Source: Acidobacteriota bacterium (lineage in GTDB: Bacteria; Acidobacteriota; Vicinamibacteria; Vicinamibacterales; 2-12-FULL-66-21). Taken from it: a DNA stretch of 64,000 bases. Below are positions 17,812 to 25,623 of this stretch, piece after piece (the first letter of the stretch is position 1; the number at the start of each line of letters is the position of its first letter). Under the pieces are notes generated by a model. That model saw only the letters and a list, made by a program, of their open reading frames with translations, was not told the DNA's origin and did not search any database. The stretch lies in the NCBI GenBank assembly GCA_031361295.1, contig JANMCN010000240.1, positions 4,505 through 68,504 on the forward strand, in the 5' to 3' direction. The translations under genes and the position numbers were made by a program.

Positions 17812-18827
17812 AGAAACGTTTGATGGTCCGGAATGCCCTGCGGCAGTTGAGGCATGGGTTCAACCGGCCCTTCATGGTGATGTTCGAGACGACGCTGCAC
17901 TGCAACATGAAGTGCGGGTACTGCGCGATCTGGCAGAACCAGCAACCGGAGCAGCGCGCCGTACAGGACAGGGTCTACGCGCGCATGGATGAAGCCGCGG
18001 ACTTTGGCGTGTTCGCCTGGAGCTTTTCGGGTGGGGAGCCGCTGATGAACCCCAACGTGCCTGAGTACATCACCTACGCGGCCAGGAAGGGGTTCTACAC
18101 GTCGATGCCGACCAACGGTTTGGCGCTCAAGAAGTGCGCCGAGGCGTGCGGGCAGCTCGATCAGCTCGAAGTGTCGATCGACACGCTGGATCGCGAGAAG
18201 TTCGCGCGGCGCCGCGGCATCGACGGCCTCCCGACGATTCTCTCGGGCCTCGATTACCTGCTCGGCCGCTGCGAGCACCACACGATTCAGATCAACGCCG
18301 CCGTCGATCTCGACAATCTCGAGGACCTCCCGGCCCTGGCGGCGTACTGCCAGGAGCGGGGCCTGCTGCTCCACACGGAAGCCGTCCACAACGTCGTCCG
18401 CACCACGTGGAAGACCGAGGATGTCGAGCTCGAGGCCGAGGCGCTCGACACGGTTGCCGCGTACCTGCAGGAGCTGCGCCGGAGTTACCGGTGCGTGCGC
18501 TTCTATACCGACTATTACCGGTTCTACCGGAATCAGGGTTTCACCCAGGCCTTCCCGTGCCGATCTGCATCCCATCTCGTCAACATGCGGCCGGATGGCT
18601 CGATCCAGTTCCCCTGCGCATTCGTCAACGTCCACCGCGGAGCGCCGGACATGTCGCTGCGCGAGATTTACGCGTCGGCGGAGGTGCGCAAACTGATCGC
18701 CGAATCACCGCGCATGTGGGATTTCTGCGAGGGCTGCAAGATCGGCTGTCCCTACGAAGTCTCGGCCTACCGGAACAGCCCCCTCCTGGCGCTCCGATCG
18801 GCGCTCGATTTCCTGCAGGTGCAGTGA
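17808..18827 (+). CDS. Radical SAM enzyme with C-terminal SPASM/twitch-like Cys cluster
   Basis: CX3CX2C (HCNMKCGYC), the SFSGGEPLM glycine-rich SAM motif, and C-terminal cysteines (FPCRSAS...QFPCAF...WDFCEGCKIGCPYE). Confidence 0.8.
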   Translation: MKKRLMVRNALRQLRHGFNRPFMVMFETTLHCNMKCGYCAIWQNQQPEQRAVQDRVYARMDEAADFGVFAWSFSGGEPLMNPNVPEYITYAARKGFYTSMPTNGLALKKCAEACGQLDQLEVSIDTLDREKFARRRGIDGLPTILSGLDYLLGRCEHHTIQINAAVDLDNLEDLPALAAYCQERGLLLHTEAVHNVVRTTWKTEDVELEAEALDTVAAYLQELRRSYRCVRFYTDYYRFYRNQGFTQAFPCRSASHLVNMRPDGSIQFPCAFVNVHRGAPDMSLREIYASAEVRKLIAESPRMWDFCEGCKIGCPYEVSAYRNSPLLALRSALDFLQVQ

Positions 18828-19720
18828 CCCAGACGCCTGCCGTCCGCGTGCGAGGCCTCGTCAAGGAGTATCGGGACGGGACGAAGGCGAACCGGGGCAT
18901 CGATCTCGACGTGTCTCCCGGGGAGATCCTCGCCGTCCTCGGCCCGAACGGCGCCGGCAAGACCACGTTCCTGCGTCAGCTCACGAGCGAGCTGCGCCCC
19001 ACGTCGGGCGCGATCAGCATTTTTGGCGTCGATGCCCTCGCGGATCCACAGCGGGCGAAGGGGCTCATGGGGATCTCTCCGCAGGACGCCGGCGTGTTCG
19101 AGACGCTCACCGTTCGCCTCCACATGGAACTGTTCGCGCGGCTCAAGGGACTCGACCGCGACGAGGGCCGAAAAGCCGCAGCCACCGTGATTGACGAGCT
19201 CGGCCTCGCGGGCGACGCCGACAGACGGGTCGGAACGCTCTCGGGCGGTCAGCGCCGCCGGGTCCTCGTCGGGCTTGCGCTGCTCGGGTCTCCGCCGCTG
19301 CTCGTTCTCGACGAGCCGACAGCCGGCCTCGATCCGGCCTCCCGGCGCATCCTGTGGGATGTGCTGCTCCGGGCGGTCCGCGCGGGCGCGACGGTCATTC
19401 TGTCGACGCACTACACCGAGGAAGCCGAGCGGCTGAGCGATCGGATCGCCATCATCTGTGCCGGCCGCCTCATCGCCCTGGGCACACTGCCCGAGCTCGT
19501 CGCGAGGGTCAGCGATCCGTACCGGCTCAGCTACCGCGATCCCTCGCGTGCCTTCGGTGACCTGCAGGTTCGACGCTTCGCCGCGTTTGCCGAGGTCGAG
19601 TCCGTCATCCGTGGACTCGGGCTGTCGGAATACTCGGTGGCCACCGCCTCGCTCGAAGACGTGTACTTCCAGCTCGCAGGCGCCTCGTTTCCTGTGGACG
19701 CCGTGGCGGACGCATCATGA
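18824..19720 (+). CDS. ABC transporter ATP-binding protein (ABC-2 / DrrA-like exporter)
   Basis: Walker A GPNGAGKTT, signature LSGGQRRR, Walker B LLVLDEPTAGLD, H-loop STHY. The GTG at 18824 overlaps the rSAM stop (GTGA). The upstream 230 codons of the 528-aa ORF are an out-of-frame overlap of the rSAM gene. Confidence 0.9.
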   Translation: MTQTPAVRVRGLVKEYRDGTKANRGIDLDVSPGEILAVLGPNGAGKTTFLRQLTSELRPTSGAISIFGVDALADPQRAKGLMGISPQDAGVFETLTVRLHMELFARLKGLDRDEGRKAAATVIDELGLAGDADRRVGTLSGGQRRRVLVGLALLGSPPLLVLDEPTAGLDPASRRILWDVLLRAVRAGATVILSTHYTEEAERLSDRIAIICAGRLIALGTLPELVARVSDPYRLSYRDPSRAFGDLQVRRFAAFAEVESVIRGLGLSEYSVATASLEDVYFQLAGASFPVDAVADAS

Positions 19721-20481
19721 GGCGCCGGTTCTCCGACGCGCGCTGCGTGTTTCGCATTCACCTGGCCCGTCTGCGCGCCGAGGCAGGCCCCTTCGTGCTC
19801 GCCGCGGTGATCTTCCCGGGCGTCATGTTCATGTTCGCGAACGCCGTGGGGTCCCCCGAGAGCGTCGCCCAGGCGGACCCGGCGCACCGCGTTCGGCTAT
19901 TGGCCGGCTCGGTCGTGTTCTCGCTGTCGCTCACCGCCGTGACCTGGCTCGGCTACCTCCTGCTCGAAAACCGCTTCACTGGCCGGCTGAAGCTCTTCGC
20001 GACGCTGCCGCTCGCGCCGTCGTCGTACGTGCTCGGCGTGGTGGTGTTCGCCCTCGCGCAGGGCGCCATCGCGACGATGTCGTTGCTGGTGATCGCACGG
20101 CTGATGGGGGTGCACACCGGGATCACCATGCCAGTCGGCGCCGTCCTGCTCACCGCCGTCGTCATTCTCACGGTGCTCTGTGTGTGCGGGATCGCGGTCG
20201 TCGTGGCCGCGCGCGCCCGAAGCTTCAGCGAGGGATCCCTCCTCACTGATGCACTCGGGACCGGCCTCGTGTTCCTGGCACCCGTGTACTGCGCCCGCGA
20301 ATCGCTGCCGCGCGCGCTGCAGCTGTCGTCGCCCCTCTTCCCGACCACCTACGCGGCCCGCGCGGTCAACACGGTGCTGGCCGGGGGGACTCACGTGGGC
20401 GTGGATCTGGCAATTCTGGCCGGCATGGCCGCGCTCACCCTCGCCGCCGGGTTCCATGCCATGCGGTGGCGGGAGGACTGA
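19717..20481 (+). CDS. ABC-2-type transporter permease
   Basis: About six predicted hydrophobic helices. ATGA overlap with the ATPase gene. Typical pairing with a DrrA-like ATPase. Confidence 0.75.
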   Translation: MRRRFSDARCVFRIHLARLRAEAGPFVLAAVIFPGVMFMFANAVGSPESVAQADPAHRVRLLAGSVVFSLSLTAVTWLGYLLLENRFTGRLKLFATLPLAPSSYVLGVVVFALAQGAIATMSLLVIARLMGVHTGITMPVGAVLLTAVVILTVLCVCGIAVVVAARARSFSEGSLLTDALGTGLVFLAPVYCARESLPRALQLSSPLFPTTYAARAVNTVLAGGTHVGVDLAILAGMAALTLAAGFHAMRWRED

Positions 20482-22784
20482 TGACGCCAGGCTCCGCTGA
20501 CGCCCCTCGCATTCTGATCCTGACGCTGTCGTTTGGATCTGGTCACGCCCGCGCCGCCGCGGTCGTGGCGAATGAGCTCGGGCGCCAGGCGCCGCGCGCG
20601 GACGTGCGCCTGCTGGACGCGCTGGCGGATTCCCGCCCGTGGTTCCGCGCCCTGTATGTCTGGCCCTATTGGTGGATGCTGCGGTACGCGCCAGGTCTGT
20701 GGCGCCGGCTGTTTTCGTCGCGCCTGCGTCGCCGCACGAGGCACACGGCGCCGGCATGGACGTTCCGTCATGGCTGTCCGCGCGTGTTCGAGACCATTTC
20801 CACCTTCCAGCCGGACGTCATCGTGGCCGCGGAAGTCGGGGCCTGCGAGATGGCCGTGATCGCCCGGCGGAGCGGACTCACGCCCGCGCCGATCGTGTGC
20901 CTCGTCACCGACCACCAGGCAGAGCCCGCGTGGGTGCATCCGGAAGTGACGGCATTCGCGGTGCCGACCCAAAAGGTGGCACGGCAGCTCTGTGGCTGGG
21001 GCGCGTCACGGCAGCAGATCACCACCTGCGGGATTCCGACAGCCGCCCGCTTCGCGGATGCGGCGGCCGACGGAGACGTGCGTGCCCGCTTCGGATTGTC
21101 CGACGGGCGTCCGCTCGTCCTGCTGATGGGCGGCGGGATGGGTCCGACGCGGATGGATCGGATCGCGGCCGAGCTGTGCGCGACCGGCGCAGAGATGCAT
21201 GTCGTCGCCGTGACCGGCCACGACCGGCGCGCACGGCGCCGGCTTGCCCGCGTCTCGGGCCACGGTCGCGCCTCGATCCACGTGGAAGGGTGGATCGACG
21301 ACATCGCCTCGCTGATGCGCAGCGCCGACCTGCTCGTGACGAAGCCGGGCGGTGTCACGTCCGCCGAAGCGGCTCTCTGCGGCGTTCCCTGTGTGTTGTT
21401 CGATCCGATCCCCGGGCCGGAAGAGCGGAATGCCGCGCACCTGGCAGACCAGGGCGCCGCCCTCCTCGTCTCAGGAGCCCCCGCGACCGCCGCCGCGGTG
21501 ACGGCCCTCCTCGGTGATGCCCCCCGGCGCGCGGCAATGGCCGCTCGCGCGCGTGAGCTTGCGACGCCGGCTGCCACGCAGGACGTCGCGGCACTGACGC
21601 TGCGGGCGTGCCGTGAGGCGCACGACGACGAAGGTCGTCCTGTGCTCATCCTGGCGATCCGCAATGGTGCGGGTCACTTGAGGGTCGCCGAAGCGATCGC
21701 CCAGGCCATCGAGGTCGAGGCGCCTGCCGCGCGGGTCCGCATCGTCGACGTCGCCGACCACATGACGCCGCTGACCCGTGCCACGCACGTGACCATTTAC
21801 CTGTGGCTCGTGCGGTATGCGCCCTGGCTCTGGGCACGCATCGACCGGTACCAGAAGCGGCAGTCGCAGACGAGCCCTGCGTGGTATTACCGGCGCGGCT
21901 GCCGGTCCCTGTTCGATCTGGTGCGTGGCGTCCGCCCGCGCGCCCTGGTCGCCACGGAAGTGGGCTGCTGCGAAGTCGCGGCGCTCGTGAAGCGCGATCT
22001 CCTGCCCGCGTGTCCGCTCGTGGCCGTCAACGGGGAGTACGACGCAGATCGGGCCTGGATCCAACCGGAGGTGGACGCCTACTCGGTCGCCACCGACGAT
22101 GTCGCCGACGAGTTGTGCGCGCTCGGCGCGGAGCGATCGCGCGTGCACGCCTGGGGCGTGCCGATTTCGCCGGAGTTCGAGCTGGCGCCGTCGCCGTGTT
22201 CGGATCGCGAACATGCGCGGAGGCGGCTTGGACTCGATCCGCGTCTCCCGATGATCCTCGTCGGGGGAGGCAGCGAGGGGCTGGGGCGTCCCGACCTGAT
22301 TGTCGGAGGTCTGCTGAATGCGGGGTCGTCGCAGATTGCCGTGCTGACGGGCCGCAATCGCGAACTGAAGCGCCGTTGCGACGCGCTGGCGCGCGCGCAC
22401 GGACCCGGCCGACTCCGCGTGGTCGACTGGACACCCGCCATCGCCGACTGGATGCGCGCGGCGGACCTCTTCGTCACGAAACCCGGCCACACGTTTGACG
22501 AGGCGCTGTCGAGCGGCCTCCCGCTCGTCTCCCTGCCGCCCCCGCCCGGATCCGAATGGGTGCAGTACCGGCTGCTCGACACGTGGAATGTGGGCCGTGC
22601 GGTCCGTACCCGCGACGAACTGGTGAAGGTCGTCACGCGGCTCATGTCGCAGCCTGACGAGCTGACCGCCATGCGACAGTCGGCGCGCACACGCAGCCGG
22701 CCGGGCGCGGCGCCGGCCGTCGCGCGCTGGGTGCGTGCCGCCCTGGCGCGTCCGCAGGTCGTTGACGCGGGGTTGGTGTCATGA
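20466..22784 (+). CDS. Tandem-duplicated GT28 (MGDG-synthase / UgtP-like) glycosyltransferase, two complete modules in one polypeptide
   Basis: Module 1: ILILTLSFGSGHARAA...LLVTKPGGVTSAEAALCGVP. Module 2: VLILAIRNGAGHLRVA...LFVTKPGHTFDEALSSGLP. The modules are collinear over their whole length. The start could be the ATG at 20481 (TGATG overlap with the permease stop). Confidence 0.8.
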   Translation: MAGGLMTPGSADAPRILILTLSFGSGHARAAAVVANELGRQAPRADVRLLDALADSRPWFRALYVWPYWWMLRYAPGLWRRLFSSRLRRRTRHTAPAWTFRHGCPRVFETISTFQPDVIVAAEVGACEMAVIARRSGLTPAPIVCLVTDHQAEPAWVHPEVTAFAVPTQKVARQLCGWGASRQQITTCGIPTAARFADAAADGDVRARFGLSDGRPLVLLMGGGMGPTRMDRIAAELCATGAEMHVVAVTGHDRRARRRLARVSGHGRASIHVEGWIDDIASLMRSADLLVTKPGGVTSAEAALCGVPCVLFDPIPGPEERNAAHLADQGAALLVSGAPATAAAVTALLGDAPRRAAMAARARELATPAATQDVAALTLRACREAHDDEGRPVLILAIRNGAGHLRVAEAIAQAIEVEAPAARVRIVDVADHMTPLTRATHVTIYLWLVRYAPWLWARIDRYQKRQSQTSPAWYYRRGCRSLFDLVRGVRPRALVATEVGCCEVAALVKRDLLPACPLVAVNGEYDADRAWIQPEVDAYSVATDDVADELCALGAERSRVHAWGVPISPEFELAPSPCSDREHARRRLGLDPRLPMILVGGGSEGLGRPDLIVGGLLNAGSSQIAVLTGRNRELKRRCDALARAHGPGRLRVVDWTPAIADWMRAADLFVTKPGHTFDEALSSGLPLVSLPPPPGSEWVQYRLLDTWNVGRAVRTRDELVKVVTRLMSQPDELTAMRQSARTRSRPGAAPAVARWVRAALARPQVVDAGLVS

Positions 22785-23497
22785 CCGGGCACCACGAAGG
22801 CCTCCTCGCGCTCTCGGTGGTCGGCAGCGCCACGATCGCTGCGGGGTACTGGGCGTCGTACGGCGTACGCAGCCAGTGGCTCGGCCCGACCGACTGGCGG
22901 GGCCGGACGGATGGCGAGGCGCTTGCGCTGACGTTCGACGACGGGCCTGCGGACGACACCGAGCGGATACTCGACACGCTGAAGCGATTGAACATCCGCG
23001 CGGCGTTCTTCATGCTGGGCCGACAGGTCGAGCGATATCCGCACATCGCCCGGCACGTCGTCGACGCCGGCCACGAAGTCGGGAACCATTCGTACTCGCA
23101 CCCGCTCTACCTGTATTGCGGAACCGATCGCATTCGCCGCGAGCTTCAGCGCACCCAGGCGGTCATCGAGGACGTCACCGGAGTCAGGCCCGTCTGGTCA
23201 CGGCCGCCGTGCGGCGTCCGCTCGCCCGCCTATTTCGCCGCGGCGACGGAGCTCGGCCTGCGGACGGTGCAGTGGTCGGTGGCCGGGTATGACTGGAAGC
23301 CACGGTCGGCGCCCGCGATCGCGCACGCAGTCGCACGCGGTATGGCTCCGGGCGCCATCGTGCTGCTCCATGACGGCGACAGCGCCGGACAGCGGGACCG
23401 ACGCGAGACCGTCGCGGCGCTCCCGGCGATCGTCAGCGACGCGACATCCCGCGGCTTGTCGTTCGCCCCCCTCTCCACTCTCCTGGGGACATCCTGA
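22781..23497 (+). CDS. Polysaccharide deacetylase (CE4 / NodB homology domain)
   Basis: LTFDDGP, GHEVGNHSYSHP and WSRPPCG, with an N-terminal TM segment. ATGA overlap with the GT28 gene. Confidence 0.85.
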   Translation: MTGHHEGLLALSVVGSATIAAGYWASYGVRSQWLGPTDWRGRTDGEALALTFDDGPADDTERILDTLKRLNIRAAFFMLGRQVERYPHIARHVVDAGHEVGNHSYSHPLYLYCGTDRIRRELQRTQAVIEDVTGVRPVWSRPPCGVRSPAYFAAATELGLRTVQWSVAGYDWKPRSAPAIAHAVARGMAPGAIVLLHDGDSAGQRDRRETVAALPAIVSDATSRGLSFAPLSTLLGTS

Positions 23498-24192
23498 TGC
23501 ATTCACCGGCGCTTCGAGGCGGGTTGGCCGTGTTTCTCGATTTCGATGGAACCATCTCCACCTCCGACGTGGTCGACGCGATGCTCGAGACGTACGCGGA
23601 TCCCGCCTGGGCATCGGTCGAGGCCGAGTGGCGGGCCGGCCGCATCGGATCGCGCGCATGCCTCGATCGGCAGATTGCGCTCGTCAGGGCGTCGACCGAC
23701 GACATGGACGCCTTGATCGACTCGATCGCGATCGACGACGGGTTCGTGGCGCTGCTGGAGGCGTGCGATCGCGCCGGCGCGCCGGTGCACATCGTGAGCG
23801 ACGGCTTCGACTACTGCATCCGGCGCATCCTCGCCCGCGCGGCGCCGCGCCACGAGCGGCTCGTTCGGGGGCTGACCATCTCCGCGAGCCATCTGGAGCC
23901 TGAACGTGAGCTCCGGTGGCGCACGGCGTTTCCGTTTCCCGCCGTGACGTGCGAGCACGGCTGCGCCACCTGCAAGCCGGCGATGATGCGCGCCATCGCG
24001 CCCGCCGGGGCGCATACCGTCTTCGTGGGGGACGGATTGTCGGACCGCTACGCGGCGGCCCACGCCACGACCGTCTTCGCCAAGGCGTCGCTCGCGGAGT
24101 ACTGCGCGGATCGCGCCATCGCTCATACCCGGTTCGACACTCTGGGCGACATCGCGGCCTGCATCGATCGAGACATTCGCATTCGCGCCTGA
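23497..24192 (+). CDS. HAD-superfamily subfamily IB phosphatase (MtnX / phosphoserine-phosphatase-like)
   Basis: FLDFDGTIS (DxDxT) and VFVGDGLSDRYAA (GDGxxD). The cap region contains Cys residues (CEHGCATCKP), as in MtnX-like proteins. Confidence 0.7.
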   Translation: MHSPALRGGLAVFLDFDGTISTSDVVDAMLETYADPAWASVEAEWRAGRIGSRACLDRQIALVRASTDDMDALIDSIAIDDGFVALLEACDRAGAPVHIVSDGFDYCIRRILARAAPRHERLVRGLTISASHLEPERELRWRTAFPFPAVTCEHGCATCKPAMMRAIAPAGAHTVFVGDGLSDRYAAAHATTVFAKASLAEYCADRAIAHTRFDTLGDIAACIDRDIRIRA

Positions 24193-24204
24193 GCGCGGGG
24201 GAAC

Positions 24205-25623
24205 ATGACGACAAACCCGACAGACCTGCTGCAGATGACCCGTATAACGGACGAGCGCGAGCTGCTCGACATGGAGCGGAAGTACTGCTCCTGGGGCGAC
24301 ACCGTGCACTATCTCGAGCCTCCGAAGTTCTTCGCTCGCGCCGAGGGCCACTACCTGTTCGACAGGGCCGGGGTTCCGTACCTGGACCTGCAGATGTGGT
24401 ACTCGGCGGCAAGTCTTGGCTACGGCAACCAGCGCCTCGAGACCGCGCTGACCGATCAACTCCACAAGCTGCCGCAGCTGGCCTCCCAGTATCTGCATCC
24501 TGAAAAAGTCCAGCTCGCCGCGGCAATCGCGCGGCTGAACGAGTCGAAGTTCGGCCTCGAAGGGCGGGTCCATTTCAATGTGGGCGGCTCCCAGGCGGTC
24601 GAGGACGCGCTGAAGATCGTACGCAACGCGACAGGAAAAAATCTGGTGTTCGCGTTCATGGGGGGCTACCACGGCCGGACGCTCGGCGCCTCGGCGATCA
24701 CGTCCAGTTACCGGTACCGGCGGCGCTATGGCCACTTTTCCGATCGGGCGCATTTCGTGCCGTTCCCGTATTGCTTCCGCTGCCCCTATGACAAGAAGCG
24801 CGAAGATTGCGGCCTCTACTGTGTGAAGCAGTTCGAGAAGAATTTCGAGACCGAGTACAACTCGTTCTGGGACGCCAAGGCCGGAGAGCCGGAGTTCTCC
24901 GCCTTTTTCATGGAGGCCATCCAGGGCACGGGCGGTTACGTCATCCCGCCGCCCGAGTACTTCCCCGCGCTCAAGAAGGTGCTCGACGAGCGGGGGATCC
25001 TGCTGGTGGACGACGAGATCCAGATGGGATTCTACAGGGCCGGAAAGTTCTGGGCCGTCGAGAACTTCAACGTCGAGCCTGACATCATCGTGTTCGGCAA
25101 GGCGCTGACGAACGGCCTGAACCCCTTGTCGGGAATCTGGGCGCGGGAGGAACTGATCAACCCGGGTGTCTTTCCCCCTGGCTCGACGCACTCCACGTTT
25201 TCGTCGAACACGCTCGGCACCGCGGTCGGCCTCGAAGCCATCCGCATCATGCTCGAGACCGATTACGAAGACCTGGTCCAGCGGAAGGGCGCGTATTTTC
25301 TCGCGCAGCTCAAACAGCTGCACAAGAAGTTCCCCATGGTGATCGGCGATACGGACGGCATGGGACTGGCGCTGCGGATGGAGATCTGCCAGCGCGACGG
25401 CTACACCCCGGACCGCGAGCTGACCGACAAGATGTTTGCCGAGGGGATGAAAGGCGATCTCGACGCGCCCGCAGGCCGCATGGGCCTCGTGTTGGACGTG
25501 GGAGGCTATTACAAGAACGTGTTCACGCTGGCCCCTGCGTTCACGATGACCGAGGCAGATATCGACCTAGCGGTGGAGTTGCTGGAACAGCTGATCCGCC
25601 GCTGCGCTCCGGACCGGGTGTGA
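24205..25623 (+). CDS. Class III (omega-type) PLP-dependent aminotransferase
   Basis: GGSQAVEDALK, FMGGYHGRT, LLVDDEIQMGFYRAGKFWA and IIVFGKALTNG (Schiff-base Lys context). Confidence 0.85.
   Translation: MTTNPTDLLQMTRITDERELLDMERKYCSWGDTVHYLEPPKFFARAEGHYLFDRAGVPYLDLQMWYSAASLGYGNQRLETALTDQLHKLPQLASQYLHPEKVQLAAAIARLNESKFGLEGRVHFNVGGSQAVEDALKIVRNATGKNLVFAFMGGYHGRTLGASAITSSYRYRRRYGHFSDRAHFVPFPYCFRCPYDKKREDCGLYCVKQFEKNFETEYNSFWDAKAGEPEFSAFFMEAIQGTGGYVIPPPEYFPALKKVLDERGILLVDDEIQMGFYRAGKFWAVENFNVEPDIIVFGKALTNGLNPLSGIWAREELINPGVFPPGSTHSTFSSNTLGTAVGLEAIRIMLETDYEDLVQRKGAYFLAQLKQLHKKFPMVIGDTDGMGLALRMEICQRDGYTPDRELTDKMFAEGMKGDLDAPAGRMGLVLDVGGYYKNVFTLAPAFTMTEADIDLAVELLEQLIRRCAPDRV

Noticed and set aside
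18134-18823. N-terminal 230 codons of the 528-aa ORF containing the ABC ATPase
   Set aside because: This segment lies out of frame inside the radical SAM gene and is Arg/Pro-rich. The ABC ATPase starts at the GTG at 18824, with the typical few residues before Walker A and a GTGA coupling overlap.
17808-19720. Interpreting the rSAM/SPASM + ABC exporter as a RiPP (sactipeptide/ranthipeptide-like) module
   Set aside because: No precursor-sized ORF or intergenic space exists anywhere in the operon, and every junction overlaps or is at most 14 nt. The flanking genes are FAS/PKS-like. A remote precursor cannot be excluded.
23503-25323. 606-aa ORF on the minus strand
   Set aside because: It is antisense to the HAD phosphatase and class III aminotransferase genes. 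It has no recognisable domain.
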